64,000 nucleotides of DNA. It comes from Pseudomonadota bacterium. Its GTDB lineage: Bacteria; Pseudomonadota; Gammaproteobacteria; Burkholderiales; Burkholderiaceae_C. Of this stretch, positions 11,230 through 21,826 are shown in pieces. The position numbers and the translations under genes were made by a program. The stretch covers positions 56,261 to 120,260 of the forward strand of contig JAJZUZ010000001.1 in assembly GCA_021845965.1 (NCBI GenBank). The letters are read 5' to 3'. Within the stretch, counting starts at the first letter, position 1. Each line of letters starts with the position of its first letter. The notes under the pieces are model-generated. The model was not told where the DNA came from, did no database searches, and saw nothing but the letters and a program-made list of their open reading frames with translations.

Positions 11230-12117
11230 ATGTACGAGTTGCGCCTGCTATGCCCGCAAGAGCGGGTCGAGGTGCTGGGCGAGGCGCTGGACGCGCTCGA
11301 TGCCCTGAGCGTCAGCGTCGAGGATGCCGACGCCCAGACCGAGGCTGAACAGGCCCTGTTCGGCGAGCCCGGCATGCCGCCGCCGGCCGAGGGCTGGCAA
11401 CGCTCGCGCGTGCTGGCCTTGTTCTCCACGCAGGCCGCCGCGCAGGAGGCGGCCACGCTGCTGCAGGCGCAGGACTTCTTCGCCGAGTGTCGCCTGCTGG
11501 GCGTGGCGGAGGTGCCGGAGCAGGACTGGGTGCGCCTGACGCAGTCGCAGTTCGCGCCGGTGGACATCACGCCCGAGTTCTGGATCGTGCCGACCTGGCA
11601 CGAGCCGCCAGCGCAGGCGCGCATCATCATCCGGCTCGATCCGGGCCTGGCTTTCGGGACGGGCACGCACCCCACCACGCGCATGTGCCTGCGCTGGATC
11701 GCGACGCAGGCACCGCAGCGGCCCTTGGGGCGGGTGCTCGACTACGGTTGCGGCTCCGGCATTCTGGCCATCGGGGCGGCCAAGTTCGGCGCCCGCGATA
11801 TTGACGCGGTCGACATCGACGAAGCTGCGGTCGCGTCGACCCGGCTCAACGCCGAGGCCAATGGCGCTCGGTTGCGCGCCGGATTGCCGGAACTGGCGCA
11901 AGGCCAGTATCAGACCGTGCTGGCCAATATCCTGGCGACACCGCTCAAGGTGCTGGCGCCGCTGCTTTGCTCGCGTGTTGCCGCGGGCGGGGCGCTGGTG
12001 CTGGCGGGCATCCTGGAACGACAGGTCGACGAGCTCAAGCAGGCCTATGCGCCCTATTGCCAGCTGGCCGTTGCGGACAGCGAGGACGGCTGGGTGCTCA
12101 TGACGGCTTCCTTCTGA
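11230..12117 (+). CDS. prmA: Ribosomal protein L11 methyltransferase
   Basis: DPGLAFGTGTHPTT, LDYGCGSGILAI, ANILA. Confidence 0.95.
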   Translation: MYELRLLCPQERVEVLGEALDALDALSVSVEDADAQTEAEQALFGEPGMPPPAEGWQRSRVLALFSTQAAAQEAATLLQAQDFFAECRLLGVAEVPEQDWVRLTQSQFAPVDITPEFWIVPTWHEPPAQARIIIRLDPGLAFGTGTHPTTRMCLRWIATQAPQRPLGRVLDYGCGSGILAIGAAKFGARDIDAVDIDEAAVASTRLNAEANGARLRAGLPELAQGQYQTVLANILATPLKVLAPLLCSRVAAGGALVLAGILERQVDELKQAYAPYCQLAVADSEDGWVLMTASF

Positions 12118-12159
12118 CGACACGGATTTCCTGCGGGGCACCCCTACAATCGGTGCTCC

Positions 12160-13170
12160 ATGAGCCTGATCACACGCTGCCCTGCCTGCCGGACGATGTT
12201 CAAGGTCGTTCCGGACCAGCTGCGTATTTCCGAAGGCTGGGTGCGCTGTGGCAAGTGTGAAGAGATCTTCAATGCCTCGTCCCACCTGGTTCAGGCCGAG
12301 GCGCAAGCCAGTGCGCTAGCGGCGAGCGAGGCACCGGACACGGTGCCGTTCGAGGGCGCCCTGGCAGCCGCCATGGCGTCCGGGACTCCGGTGCCGGCGG
12401 ATCAGGCTGGTGCAGCCGCTGAGCTTGCCTCGCAGGATCGTCTTGCACCGGCACAAGGCGTGGTGGACTTCGAGCTGAAGGAGCAACGGGGGGCTGAGGT
12501 GGCGTCGATGGTGGAGCTGGCGGTGCCGAGTTCACCATCGCCCGCGGACGGCTCCACCCAGGGAGGCCCTGCGCCGGCAGGCTCCGGCGCAGCGGCTGAA
12601 ACCTTGCCCGACCGGGAGGCGGCGATGGTGGAGGCGGCGCCGCCCGTCGAGCTGTCGTTCATGCACAGCGCACGGAAAGCCTCGCGCTGGCATCGCCCGC
12701 TGGTGCGGGCAACCCTGCTGGTCGCTGGTCTGCTGCTGATGACGGGGCTGGCGCTCCAGGTCCTGGTGCAGGAGCGGGATCGCATGGCCGCCCTGGAACC
12801 CGGCGTCAAGCCGTGGCTGGAGAACATGTGCCTGCTGTTGGACTGCCAGGTGCGGCCATTGCGCCAGATCGAGTCCGTGGTCATCGACAGCTCGGCCTTC
12901 AGCAAGACCAAGGGCGATGTGTACCGGCTCAGCTTGACGCTGAAGAATACTGCGCCCATTGACTTGGCGACGCCAGCCGTCGAGCTGGCGCTGACCGACA
13001 CAATGGATCGTGCCCTGATCCGCCGGGTGTTTCGCCCCGAGGAGCTGGGCCTGCGGTCCGGCGTGATCGCGGCGGCATCCGAAGCGCAGACCACCCTGGA
13101 ATTGACCATCAAGGGCAACGGCAACGGCGAGCGCATCGCCGGCTATCGCCTGCTGGCTTTTTATCCCTGA
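12160..13170 (+). CDS. Zinc-ribbon + DUF3426-type membrane protein
   Basis: TRCPAC...GWVRCGKC zinc finger, one TM helix, C-terminal FYP; usual position after prmA. Confidence 0.85.
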   Translation: MSLITRCPACRTMFKVVPDQLRISEGWVRCGKCEEIFNASSHLVQAEAQASALAASEAPDTVPFEGALAAAMASGTPVPADQAGAAAELASQDRLAPAQGVVDFELKEQRGAEVASMVELAVPSSPSPADGSTQGGPAPAGSGAAAETLPDREAAMVEAAPPVELSFMHSARKASRWHRPLVRATLLVAGLLLMTGLALQVLVQERDRMAALEPGVKPWLENMCLLLDCQVRPLRQIESVVIDSSAFSKTKGDVYRLSLTLKNTAPIDLATPAVELALTDTMDRALIRRVFRPEELGLRSGVIAAASEAQTTLELTIKGNGNGERIAGYRLLAFYP

Positions 13171-13192
13171 TATCTCCAACCAAGCAAGACCC

Positions 13193-14095
13193 ATGGCAAC
13201 TCTCATTTGCGGCTCCCTGGCCTTTGACACCATCATGAACTTCGAGGGGCGCTTTGCCGAGCAGATCCTGCCGGACCAGCTGCACATCCTCAACGTTTCC
13301 TTCCTGGTGCCCACCCTGCGCCGCGATTTCGGTGGCTGTGCCGGCAATATTGCCTATGCGCTCAAGGTGCTGGGCGGCACACCCCTGCCCATGGCCACCG
13401 TGGGCAACGACGGCGCTGATTACGTGCAACGCATGCGCGGTCTGGGTATCGCCACCACCTATGTGCGCGAGATCAAAGAGACCTACACGGCGCAGGCGCT
13501 GATCATGACCGACAAGGACAACAACCAGATCACGGCGTTCCACCCCGGTGCGATGATGCAGGCGCATGTCACACGCATCGAGCGTCATCCGGACATCAAG
13601 CTGGGCATCATTTCGCCCGACGGGCGCGATGCCATGTTGCAGCACGCCGAGCAGTTCAAGGCCGCGGATATCCCCTTTGTCTTCGATCCGGGCCAGGGTC
13701 TGCCCATGTTCGACGGCAAGGAACTGGCGCGCTTCATCGAGCAGTCCGCCTGGGTTACCGTGAACGACTATGAGGGCAAGATGCTGTGCGAGCGCACGGG
13801 CTGGTCGCCGGCCGAGATCTCGCGCAAGGTACGTGGACTGGTCATCACGCTCGGCCATGAAGGCAGCGAGGTCTGGATTGACGGCCACAAGACCCTGGTG
13901 CCGCCGGTCAAGGCCGCGGCCGTGGTCGACCCGACGGGCTGTGGCGATGCCTACCGCGGCGGCCTGCTCTATGGCCTGGAGCGTGGCTGGTCGCTGGAGC
14001 AGGCGGCCGAGCTGGGCAACCGCATGGGCTCGCACAAGATCGCCCATCGCGGCCCGCAGAACTACACGGTGGAGCCGCGCGCCTTCGGCGTCTGA
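13193..14095 (+). CDS. PfkB-family carbohydrate/nucleoside kinase
   Basis: GGCAGNIAY and DPTGCGDAY PfkB signatures. Confidence 0.9.
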   Translation: MATLICGSLAFDTIMNFEGRFAEQILPDQLHILNVSFLVPTLRRDFGGCAGNIAYALKVLGGTPLPMATVGNDGADYVQRMRGLGIATTYVREIKETYTAQALIMTDKDNNQITAFHPGAMMQAHVTRIERHPDIKLGIISPDGRDAMLQHAEQFKAADIPFVFDPGQGLPMFDGKELARFIEQSAWVTVNDYEGKMLCERTGWSPAEISRKVRGLVITLGHEGSEVWIDGHKTLVPPVKAAAVVDPTGCGDAYRGGLLYGLERGWSLEQAAELGNRMGSHKIAHRGPQNYTVEPRAFGV

Positions 14096-14099
14096 GGAA

Positions 14100-14420
14100 T
14101 CAGCCTGCCGGGTCCAGACGCGGCCAGTCAGCCCCGGCCGCCCGGGGCGCGGCCACGCGCAGCTGCTTGCGCCGGGCCGTGGCGCCACGTACCAGTTCGA
14201 CGGCGGATTTGGGCACACCCAGCGTCTCGGCCAGCCAGGCCTGCAGCGCGAGGTTGGCTTTTCCGTCCACCGGGGGCGCATGCAATCGCACGCGCAAGGC
14301 CTCGTCGTGCAAGCCCTGGATCTGCGTCCGGGCCGCATTGGGCATGACGTGCACCGTGACCAGCACCGCGCCGTCCTTCTGCAGCTGCAGAAAGGGGAAT
14401 GCGGGCAGGGTCGGGCTCAT
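14100..14420 (-). CDS. DUF167 (YggU-like) protein
   Basis: APPVDGKAN and GATARRK motifs. Confidence 0.85.
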   Translation of the reverse strand: MSPTLPAFPFLQLQKDGAVLVTVHVMPNAARTQIQGLHDEALRVRLHAPPVDGKANLALQAWLAETLGVPKSAVELVRGATARRKQLRVAAPRAAGADWPRLDPAG

Positions 14421-14438
14421 GGACCGGGTGTATCAATG

Positions 14439-14471
14439 AAAAAGCCCGCTGCCTGGGCAGGCAACGGGCTT
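14439..14471 (-). terminator. Intrinsic terminator after the histone H1-like gene
   Basis: On the minus strand AAGCCCGTTGCCT-GCCC-AGGCAGCGGGCTTTTT. Confidence 0.75.
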
Positions 14472-14486
14472 GAGGCCTAGACCGTC

Positions 14487-14936
14487 TTAGGGACGGCTGG
14501 CAGTCGGGAAAGGCCAAGCGGCCTGCGGGTTCAGCGTGGTCTGGGCCACGGGTGCCGCAGCAGCCGGGGCAGCAGCAGGCTTCGCAGCAGCCTTCTTCTT
14601 CGCCGGCTTCTTGGCAGCCTTCTTCGCAGCAGGCTTCTTCGCAGCAGGCTTCTTGGCGGCAGCCTTCTTCGCTACCTTCTTGGCAGCGGATTTCTTGGCG
14701 GCCGGCTTCTTCGCAGCAGCTTTCTTGGCGGCCGGCTTCTTGGCGGCTACCTTCTTCGCTGCGGGCTTCTTGGCAGCGGCCTTCTTGGCCGGAGCCTTCT
14801 TCGCCGGAGCCTTCTTTGCCGCGGCCTTCTTGGCCGGGGCTTTCTTTGCTGCCGGCTTCTTGGCCGGAGCCTTCTTCGCCGCTACTTTCTTCTTCGCGGG
14901 GGCCTTCTTAGCGGCCGCTTTCTTTGCAGTTGCCAT
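14487..14936 (-). CDS. Histone H1-like Lys/Ala-rich nucleoid protein
   Basis: Repeated AKKPA/AKKAA pentapeptides; C-terminal LNPQAAWPFPT. Confidence 0.88.
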   Translation of the reverse strand: MATAKKAAAKKAPAKKKVAAKKAPAKKPAAKKAPAKKAAAKKAPAKKAPAKKAAAKKPAAKKVAAKKPAAKKAAAKKPAAKKSAAKKVAKKAAAKKPAAKKPAAKKAAKKPAKKKAAAKPAAAPAAAAPVAQTTLNPQAAWPFPTASRP

Positions 14937-15114
14937 CACATTTCTCCTTGATCAAGTTACAAAGAGCACTTCATGCGTTTGTTGGAGTGCATGAAGCGAT
15001 TCATGAGGCTGGGGTAGGGCCCAACGCCATGAACAGGGGTGCACAGGCTGGCGCCACATTCTGTGGAGCGGTCGACAGCCAATGCAATTCTGGAAGCCAT
15101 AGATCGTGTGTTTA

Positions 15115-16305
15115 TCAATCCCAGGAGAGCGCGCCACCCGACTGGTACTCGATGACGCGGGTCTCGAAGAAGTTGCGTTCCTTCTTGAGGTCGATCATCT
15201 CGCTCATCCAGGGGAACGGGTTCTCTTCGTTGGGGAACAAGGGCTCCAGGCCAATCTGCGTGGCGCGCCGGTTGGCGATATAGCGCAGGTAGCCCTTGAA
15301 CATGGAGGCATTGAGGCCCAGCACGCCGCGCGGCATGGTGTCCTCAGCGTAGCGGTATTCCAGCTCGACGGCCTTTTCGAACAGGGCCTTGATCTCGGCC
15401 TTGAACTCGGGCGTCCACAGCTGCGGGTTCTCCAGCTTGATCTGGTTGATCAGGTCGATGCCGAAGTTGCAGTGCATGGACTCGTCGCGCAGGATGTACT
15501 GGTACTGCTCGGCCGCACCCGTCATCTTGTTCTGGCGGCCCAGCGCCAGGATCTGGGTGAAGCCCACGTAGAAGAACAGCCCTTCCATCAGGCAGGCGAA
15601 GACGATCAGCGACTTGAGCAGGGTCTGGTCGGTTTCCAGCGTGCCGGTGTGGAAGTTGGGGTCCATGATCGCGTTGATGAACGGGATCAGGAACTCGTCC
15701 TTGTCGCGGATGGACTGGACCTCGTGGTAGGCGTTGAAGATCTCGGACTCGTCCAGACCCAGCGACTCCACGATGTACTGGTAGGCGTGGGTGTGGATCG
15801 CCTCTTCGAAGGCCTGGCGCAACAGGAACTGGCGGCACTCGGGGGCCGTGATGTGGCGGTAGGTGCCCAGCACGATGTTGTTGGCGGCCAGCGAATCGGC
15901 CGTCACGAAGAAACCCAGGTTGCGCTTGACGATGCGGCGCTCGTCCTCGGACAGACCATTCGGGTCTTTCCAGGTGGCGATGTCGCGCGTCATGTTGACT
16001 TCCTGCGGCATCCAGTGGTTGGCGCAGGTGGCCAGGTATTTTTCCCAGGCCCACTTGTACTTGAACGGCACCAGCTGGTTGACGTCGGTCTGGCCGTTGA
16101 TGATGCGTTTGTCGGCGGCCTTGATGCGGTGCGTAGAGGCCGCCGCAATGCTCGGCGCGTGCACCGGTGCAGCGGGCGCCGCGCTGGCCTGCACGGTGCG
16201 CAGCTGGGGAGTTTGAGAGGGAGGCTCACTCGGGCGGCTGCTCATCGCAGCGCCGGAGAAAGAGGATGACGGTGTGGGTTTGACTTCTTCGTCCCAGGAC
16301 AACAT
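15115..16305 (-). CDS. nrdB: Class Ia ribonucleotide reductase, beta subunit
   Basis: [25 protein letters not shown]. Confidence 0.95.
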   Translation of the reverse strand: MLSWDEEVKPTPSSSFSGAAMSSRPSEPPSQTPQLRTVQASAAPAAPVHAPSIAAASTHRIKAADKRIINGQTDVNQLVPFKYKWAWEKYLATCANHWMPQEVNMTRDIATWKDPNGLSEDERRIVKRNLGFFVTADSLAANNIVLGTYRHITAPECRQFLLRQAFEEAIHTHAYQYIVESLGLDESEIFNAYHEVQSIRDKDEFLIPFINAIMDPNFHTGTLETDQTLLKSLIVFACLMEGLFFYVGFTQILALGRQNKMTGAAEQYQYILRDESMHCNFGIDLINQIKLENPQLWTPEFKAEIKALFEKAVELEYRYAEDTMPRGVLGLNASMFKGYLRYIANRRATQIGLEPLFPNEENPFPWMSEMIDLKKERNFFETRVIEYQSGGALSWD

Positions 16306-16426
16306 AGAAGGTTCCAATCAGCGGATTATGGGAGCGGCGACGTGAATTGGAAAGTATTCATTCACATCGCCGCCGATTCTGTTGCTCAATTGCATCGCAT
16401 GTGCATCACGCGACGCGTTGCGATCA

Positions 16427-19339
16427 TCACTGGCAAGCCTCGCAACCCGGATCGTCGATGGCGCAGAACTTGATGTCGGTCGCCGCCGTGGCCATCTGGG
16501 CTTGCGCGGCGGCAGCCGCGGCTTCCAGTGCGCTCATGGAGGCGCCGCCTTGCGAAGCACCGCCCGAGGAGACAGCGTTGAGGCGACCGGCCGCCACGGT
16601 GGACTTCTCCGCATGGGTGGCTGAGGTGGTGCGCAGGTAGTAGGTGGTCTTGAGGCCACGCAGCCAGGCCAGCTTGTAGGTCTCGTCCAGCTTCTTGCCG
16701 GAGGCGCCGGCCATGTAGATGTTGAGCGACTGGGCCTGGTCGATCCACTTCTGGCGGCGCGAAGCGGCTTCCACCAGCCACTTGGGCTCCACCTCGAAGG
16801 CCGTGGCGTACAGGGCCTTGATGTCCTGCGGCACGCGGTCGATGGGCAGCAGCGAGCCGTCGAAGTGTTTCAGGTCCATCACCATCACGTCATCCCACAG
16901 GCCGAGGCGCTTGAGGTCGCGCACCAGGTAGTGGTTGATGACCGTGAACTCACCCGACAGGTTGGACTTGACCGAGAGGTTGCCGAAGCAGGGCTCGATG
17001 GAGGCGTCCACGCCGATGATGTTGGAGATGGTGGCGGTCGGCGCGATGGCCACACAGTTGGAATTGCGCATGCCGTCCGTGGCGATCTTGCGGCGCAGGG
17101 CGTCCCAATCCAGACTGGCGGATCGGTCCACCTCCACATAACCGCCGCGCTGCTGATTCAGCAGCTCCAGCGTGTCTAGCGGCAGGATGCCCTGGTCCCA
17201 CAGCGAGCCGCGGTAGCTGGAATAGACGCCGCGCTCGCGGGCCAGCTCGGTCGAGGCCCAGTAGGCGTGGTAGCAGACCGCCTCCATGGACTGGTCGGCG
17301 AATTCCACGGCGGCGTCGCTGGCGTAGGGGATGCGCAGCTCGTACAGCGCGTCCTGGAAGCCCATGATGCCCAGGCCCACCGGACGGTGGCGCAGGTTGG
17401 AGTCCCGCGCCTTCTTGACGGCGTAGTAGTTGATGTCGATCACGTTGTCCAGCATGCGCATGGCCGTGGCGATGGTCTTCTTGAGCTTCTCCTGGTCGAT
17501 CTTGCCGTCCTTCAGGTGCTGGCGCAGGTTGACCGAACCCAGGTTGCAGACGGCCGTTTCGGTGTCGCTGGTGTTGAGCGTGATCTCGGTGCACAGGTTG
17601 GACGAGTGCACCACGCCGGCATGCTGCTGCGGCGAGCGCACGTTGCAGGCGTCCTTGAAGGTGATCCAGGGGTGGCCGGTCTCGAACAGCATGGAGAGCA
17701 TCTTGCGCCACAGATCGACGGCGGGCACGGTCTTGCTCGGCTTGATTTCGCCGCGTTTGGCCTTCTCCTCGTAGCGCACGTAGGCCTTCTCGAAGTCAGT
17801 GCCGAACAGGTCGTGCAGGTCGGGGACGTCGGACGGGGAGAACAGGGTCCACTCGCCCTTTTCCATGACGCGGCGCATGAACAGGTCCGGGATCCAGTTG
17901 GCCGTGTTCATGTCGTGCGTGCGGCGGCGGTCGTCGCCGGTGTTCTTGCGCAGCTCCAGGAACTCCTCGATGTCCAGGTGCCAGGTTTCCAGGTAGGTGC
18001 AGACGGCGCCCTTGCGCTTGCCGCCCTGGTTCACGGCCACGGCGGTGTCGTTGACCACCTTCAGGAAAGGCACGACGCCCTGCGATTCGCCGTTGGTGCC
18101 CTTGATGTGCGAGCCGAGGGCGCGCACGCGGGTCCAGTCGTTGCCCAGGCCGCCGGCAAACTTGGACAGCAGGGCGTTTTCCTTGATGGACTCGTAGATG
18201 CCGTCGAGATCGTCGGGCACCGTGGTCAGGTAGCAGCTGGACAGCTGCGAGCGCAGGGTGGCCGAGTTGAACAGCGTCGGGGTGGACGACATGAAGTCGA
18301 AGGACGACAACACCTCGTAGAACTCGATGGCACGCGCCTCGCGGTCGATTTCGTTGAGCGCCAGGCCCATGGCCACGCGCATGAAGAAGGCCTGCGGCAG
18401 TTCGATGCGGGTCTTGCGCACGTGCAGGAAATAGCGGTCGTACAGGGTCTGCAGGCCCAGGTAGTCGAACTGCATGTCGCGTTCGGCCTTGAGTGCGGCA
18501 CCCAGGCGCTGCAGGTCGTAGTTCAGCAGCTCGGGGTTGAGCAGCTCGTTCTCGACCCCCTTCTTGATGAAACCGGGGAAGTAGTCGGCATAAGCCTCGG
18601 CCATTTCCTGCGGTTGCACGTCGCGCCCCAGCACTTCCTTGGCGATGGTGTGGAACAGCAGGCGGGCCGTGGCGTAGGTGTAGTCCGGGTCCTTCTCGAT
18701 CAGGGTACGGGCCGCGAGGATGGAAGCCTTGTAGACCTCGTCGATCGGCACGCCGTCGTACAGGTTGCGCATGGTCTCGGCCACGATCGGGTCGGCCTTG
18801 ATGTCGGCGCCCAGGTTGGCGCAGGCGTTCTCGATCAGGCGCTTGAGGCGGTCCAGGTCCAGCGGGATGCGCTGGCCGCCGTCGGTCACATGCAGCTGCG
18901 GTGCGGCAGGCGCGGCCTGGGTCGCGGCCTGCTGGGCACGTTCCTGGGCACGGCGCTCGCGATAGAGCACGTAGGCACGCGCCACTTCATGGTGGCCGCT
19001 GCGCATCAGGCCCAGTTCCACCTGGTCCTGCACGTCTTCAATATGGAAGGTGCCGCCGCCCGGGCGGGAGCGCACCAGCGCGCGCACCACGCCCTGGGTC
19101 AGGCCGTCCACCACCTCACGCACGCTGGCCGAGGCCGCGCCCTGGGTGCCGTGCACGGCCAGGAAGGCCTTCATCAAAGCCACGGCGATCTTGCTCGGCT
19201 CGAACGGCACCACAGCGCCGTTGCGGCGGATGATCTGGTAGTTGTTCAGCGGGGTGGCGCTGGTGCTTTCCTGGGCTTGCATGTTCAGGACACCGGTGTG
19301 GAGGGGGGGGGTCGCAGGAGTCTGGGCGGTTTGCATCAT
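16427..19339 (-). CDS. nrdA: Class Ia ribonucleotide reductase, alpha subunit (two ATP-cone-like N-terminal domains)
   Basis: TPTLFN, SSCYL, SNLCTEI, APTATIS, KTTYYLR, C-terminal CEACQ. Confidence 0.96.
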   Translation of the reverse strand: MMQTAQTPATPPLHTGVLNMQAQESTSATPLNNYQIIRRNGAVVPFEPSKIAVALMKAFLAVHGTQGAASASVREVVDGLTQGVVRALVRSRPGGGTFHIEDVQDQVELGLMRSGHHEVARAYVLYRERRAQERAQQAATQAAPAAPQLHVTDGGQRIPLDLDRLKRLIENACANLGADIKADPIVAETMRNLYDGVPIDEVYKASILAARTLIEKDPDYTYATARLLFHTIAKEVLGRDVQPQEMAEAYADYFPGFIKKGVENELLNPELLNYDLQRLGAALKAERDMQFDYLGLQTLYDRYFLHVRKTRIELPQAFFMRVAMGLALNEIDREARAIEFYEVLSSFDFMSSTPTLFNSATLRSQLSSCYLTTVPDDLDGIYESIKENALLSKFAGGLGNDWTRVRALGSHIKGTNGESQGVVPFLKVVNDTAVAVNQGGKRKGAVCTYLETWHLDIEEFLELRKNTGDDRRRTHDMNTANWIPDLFMRRVMEKGEWTLFSPSDVPDLHDLFGTDFEKAYVRYEEKAKRGEIKPSKTVPAVDLWRKMLSMLFETGHPWITFKDACNVRSPQQHAGVVHSSNLCTEITLNTSDTETAVCNLGSVNLRQHLKDGKIDQEKLKKTIATAMRMLDNVIDINYYAVKKARDSNLRHRPVGLGIMGFQDALYELRIPYASDAAVEFADQSMEAVCYHAYWASTELARERGVYSSYRGSLWDQGILPLDTLELLNQQRGGYVEVDRSASLDWDALRRKIATDGMRNSNCVAIAPTATISNIIGVDASIEPCFGNLSVKSNLSGEFTVINHYLVRDLKRLGLWDDVMVMDLKHFDGSLLPIDRVPQDIKALYATAFEVEPKWLVEAASRRQKWIDQAQSLNIYMAGASGKKLDETYKLAWLRGLKTTYYLRTTSATHAEKSTVAAGRLNAVSSGGASQGGASMSALEAAAAAAQAQMATAATDIKFCAIDDPGCEACQ

Positions 19340-19433
19340 TTCCTCGTCGTCAGCAAATCTGTTGTTGGTTTGGGCGGGCGCTTTTTCTGGCTTGCGGTGC
19401 GTGTTGCCGAGCGAGAAACGCAGTCGGCAAAAA

Positions 19434-19481
19434 ACACTATATATGGGGTTCGTGGCGAATACAAGCCACTACCGGTAGTGT
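19434..19481. promoter_or_regulatory. Tandem NrdR boxes
   Basis: ACACTATATATGGGGT (19434-19449) and CCACTACCGGTAGTGT (19466-19481), 32 bp apart upstream of nrdA; resemble acaCwAtATaTwGtgt. Confidence 0.75.
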
Positions 19482-19724
19482 AGCGTGCCGCAGACGCGTG
19501 ATCGTTTTTCCGAGTGAAAAATGCCGCCGGTATTGCCTGCGCACGGCCTTGCACAAGTCGTGTGCAGGGGTGGCTGCGAGCCGTTGACATGACTGCGTGC
19601 CGAGAAAAAACTCCAGCATTGGCGTGCCATGGCGAGGCATTTGACCGCCATGGCCGCATGCTTTCTGGTGAAGGTTCGCGCTGGCGGCGGCGCTGCGACG
19701 CGCCATCGCATGCTTGCCAGACTG

Positions 19725-20327
19725 TCAGCTGGCTGTGGTGGCTTCGGGAAAATACTGAGCCGGCCAGGCCAGGCTCTGCTGCAACCGGGTCCATGCAAAG
19801 CCGGCACCCGGGTCGCCCTTGCGCCCGGGCGCGATGTGCTCGTGCCCGGCAATGTGCCGTACCGGGTAACGCTGCGCCAGCGCCGCGCACAGGCTCGTCA
19901 GCGTTTCGTACTGCGGCGCCTCGAAGGCTTCGCCTTCGAGCCCTTCGAGTTCGATACCGATCGAGTCGTCATTGCAGTTGTCCCGCCCACGGTAGTGGGA
20001 GACGCCGGCGTGCCAGGCACGCTCGTCACAGCTGACGAACTGCCACAGCTCGCCGTTGCGCCGGATGTAGAAGTGCGACGAGACCTGCATGCCCTCGATG
20101 GACCTGAAATAGGGATGGGCGTTCCAGTCCAGCGTGTTGGTGAACAGCCGCTGCACCTCGTCGCCACCATACCGGCCCGGCGGCAGGCTGATGGAGTGGA
20201 GGACCAGCAAGTCGATGGTGGCCTTTGCCGGGCGGGGGCCGAAATTGGGTGAGCACAGTGGGCGCGCGAAGCGGTACCAGCCGTCATGCCAGAGGCCGGT
20301 GCCTGCCGGGGTATCAGACTGATTCAT
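19725..20327 (-). CDS. ampD: 1,6-anhydro-MurNAc-L-Ala amidase AmpD
   Basis: HSISLPPG, RAWHAGVS, SIGIELEG, GHEHIAPGRKGDPG. Confidence 0.95.
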   Translation of the reverse strand: MNQSDTPAGTGLWHDGWYRFARPLCSPNFGPRPAKATIDLLVLHSISLPPGRYGGDEVQRLFTNTLDWNAHPYFRSIEGMQVSSHFYIRRNGELWQFVSCDERAWHAGVSHYRGRDNCNDDSIGIELEGLEGEAFEAPQYETLTSLCAALAQRYPVRHIAGHEHIAPGRKGDPGAGFAWTRLQQSLAWPAQYFPEATTAS

Positions 20328-21826
20328 GCGGCGGGGTCGTTGCCTTGCGGCGTGTCGATGTTCAGGCGCGCGATGCGGTAGCGGATCTGGCGCAGACTCA
20401 GGCCCAGCTTGGCGGCGGCGGCGGTACGGTTGAAGCCGGTCTCCTGCAGGGCCTTGATCAGGATCTCGCGCTCCTGCCGATCCAGATGATCCTGCAGGTC
20501 AGCGGGCAGATCGGGAGCATCCTGTGGTGATCCGGCCGGCGCGGCCTCAGGCAGCGCAGTGGGTGCGGAAGCGGCCGGATCGGAGGCCGGCGGTTCCAGG
20601 GGGGAGAAGCTGCTCTCCAGCGTGTCGAAGCTCAGCTCGCCGCCGTCGCTCAAGGCCACGGCACGGTGCAACAGGTTCTCCAGCTCGCGCACGTTGCCGG
20701 GCAGCGGATGGAGTGCCAGCTGCGCCAGCGCCTCGGGCGCGAGCCGCGGCACCGGCAGGCCGGATTCGGCCGCGATGCGCGCCAGCAGAGCCTCGCAAAG
20801 CAGCGGCAGGTCCTCGCGCCGCTCCCGCAGCGGCGGAATATCAATCTCGATCACGTTGAGACGATAGTAGAGGTCCTGGCGGAAGCGCCCGTCCTGCACT
20901 TCGCGCGCCAGATTCTTGTGCGTGGCACTGACGATGCGCACGTCTGCCGCCTCTTCCTGGGTGCCGCCCACGGGGCGCACGCAGCGCTCCTGGATGGCAC
21001 GCAGGAGCTTGGATTGCATGGACAGGGGGAGGTCGCCAATCTCATCCAGAAACAGCGTGCCGCCGCGCGCGGCCTGGAAGTAACCGTCACGGTCCTGGGT
21101 CGCGCCGGTGTAGGCGCCTTTGCGTACGCCAAAGAACTCGGCTTCCAGCAGGCTCTCGGGTATGGCGCTGCAGTTCACGGCGATCATGGGGCCGCTGGCG
21201 CGATGGCTGTTGGCGTGCAGGGCCTGGGCGGTCAACTCCTTGCCGGTGCCGGATTCCCCGCAGACCAGCACTGGCGCCATGCTGCGCGCCACCTTGACGA
21301 TGCGTTCGCGGACCTGACGCATGGCGGCCGAGTGTCCCACCAGGCGCTGCAGCGCGGCTTCCGCGGCCGTGGTCGACGCCGGTGCCCCGCCGGGGCGCGC
21401 CGGCTGGAGCGGTGCGACGGCCGGCGTCGAGCGGCTGGCCTGCGCATCCTGCATCGCCGAGGCGATGACCGTACGGAACTGCTTGAGGTCGACCGGCTTG
21501 GTCAGGTAGTCGAAGGCGCCCGCCTTGAGCGACTCCACGGCATTTTCCGCGGACCCGTAGGCCGTGATCACCACGCTGCGCTCGCCGCGCTGCTGGGCAC
21601 GCAGGCGCTGAATGAGATCTATGCCGTGGCCGTCGGGCAGGCGCATGTCGGTGATCAGCACGTCGTAGTGGCGATGCTGAAGGTGCTCCCAGGCATCCGC
21701 CACGTTCTCCGCGACATCGACGCGGTAGCCCTCGCGCAGCAGCGTCAGTTCGTACAGCGTGCGCAGATCGGGTTCGTCGTCCACGACCAGGATGTGCGCG
21801 CTTGTGGAAGTGGTGGGGCTGGTCAT
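20324..21826 (-). CDS. pilR: Sigma-54-dependent response regulator (PilR-like)
   Basis: REC domain, GESGTGKE, GAYTGA, FLDEIG, Fis-type HTH. Confidence 0.85.
   Translation of the reverse strand: MTSPTTSTSAHILVVDDEPDLRTLYELTLLREGYRVDVAENVADAWEHLQHRHYDVLITDMRLPDGHGIDLIQRLRAQQRGERSVVITAYGSAENAVESLKAGAFDYLTKPVDLKQFRTVIASAMQDAQASRSTPAVAPLQPARPGGAPASTTAAEAALQRLVGHSAAMRQVRERIVKVARSMAPVLVCGESGTGKELTAQALHANSHRASGPMIAVNCSAIPESLLEAEFFGVRKGAYTGATQDRDGYFQAARGGTLFLDEIGDLPLSMQSKLLRAIQERCVRPVGGTQEEAADVRIVSATHKNLAREVQDGRFRQDLYYRLNVIEIDIPPLRERREDLPLLCEALLARIAAESGLPVPRLAPEALAQLALHPLPGNVRELENLLHRAVALSDGGELSFDTLESSFSPLEPPASDPAASAPTALPEAAPAGSPQDAPDLPADLQDHLDRQEREILIKALQETGFNRTAAAAKLGLSLRQIRYRIARLNIDTPQGNDPAA

Noticed and set aside
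14560-14930. 15-bp periodic repeats
   Set aside because: They encode AKKxA pentapeptides of the histone H1-like protein; no spacers, so not CRISPR.
18660-19339. Extra N-terminal domain on NrdA
   Set aside because: Duplicated ATP-cones are known in proteobacterial NrdA; no intein or intron signature seen.
17267-19483. Long antisense ORFs (also 21802-23856, 43013-44833, 55408-57429)
   Set aside because: Shadow frames opposite real genes, expected from high-GC codon bias; no recognisable motifs.
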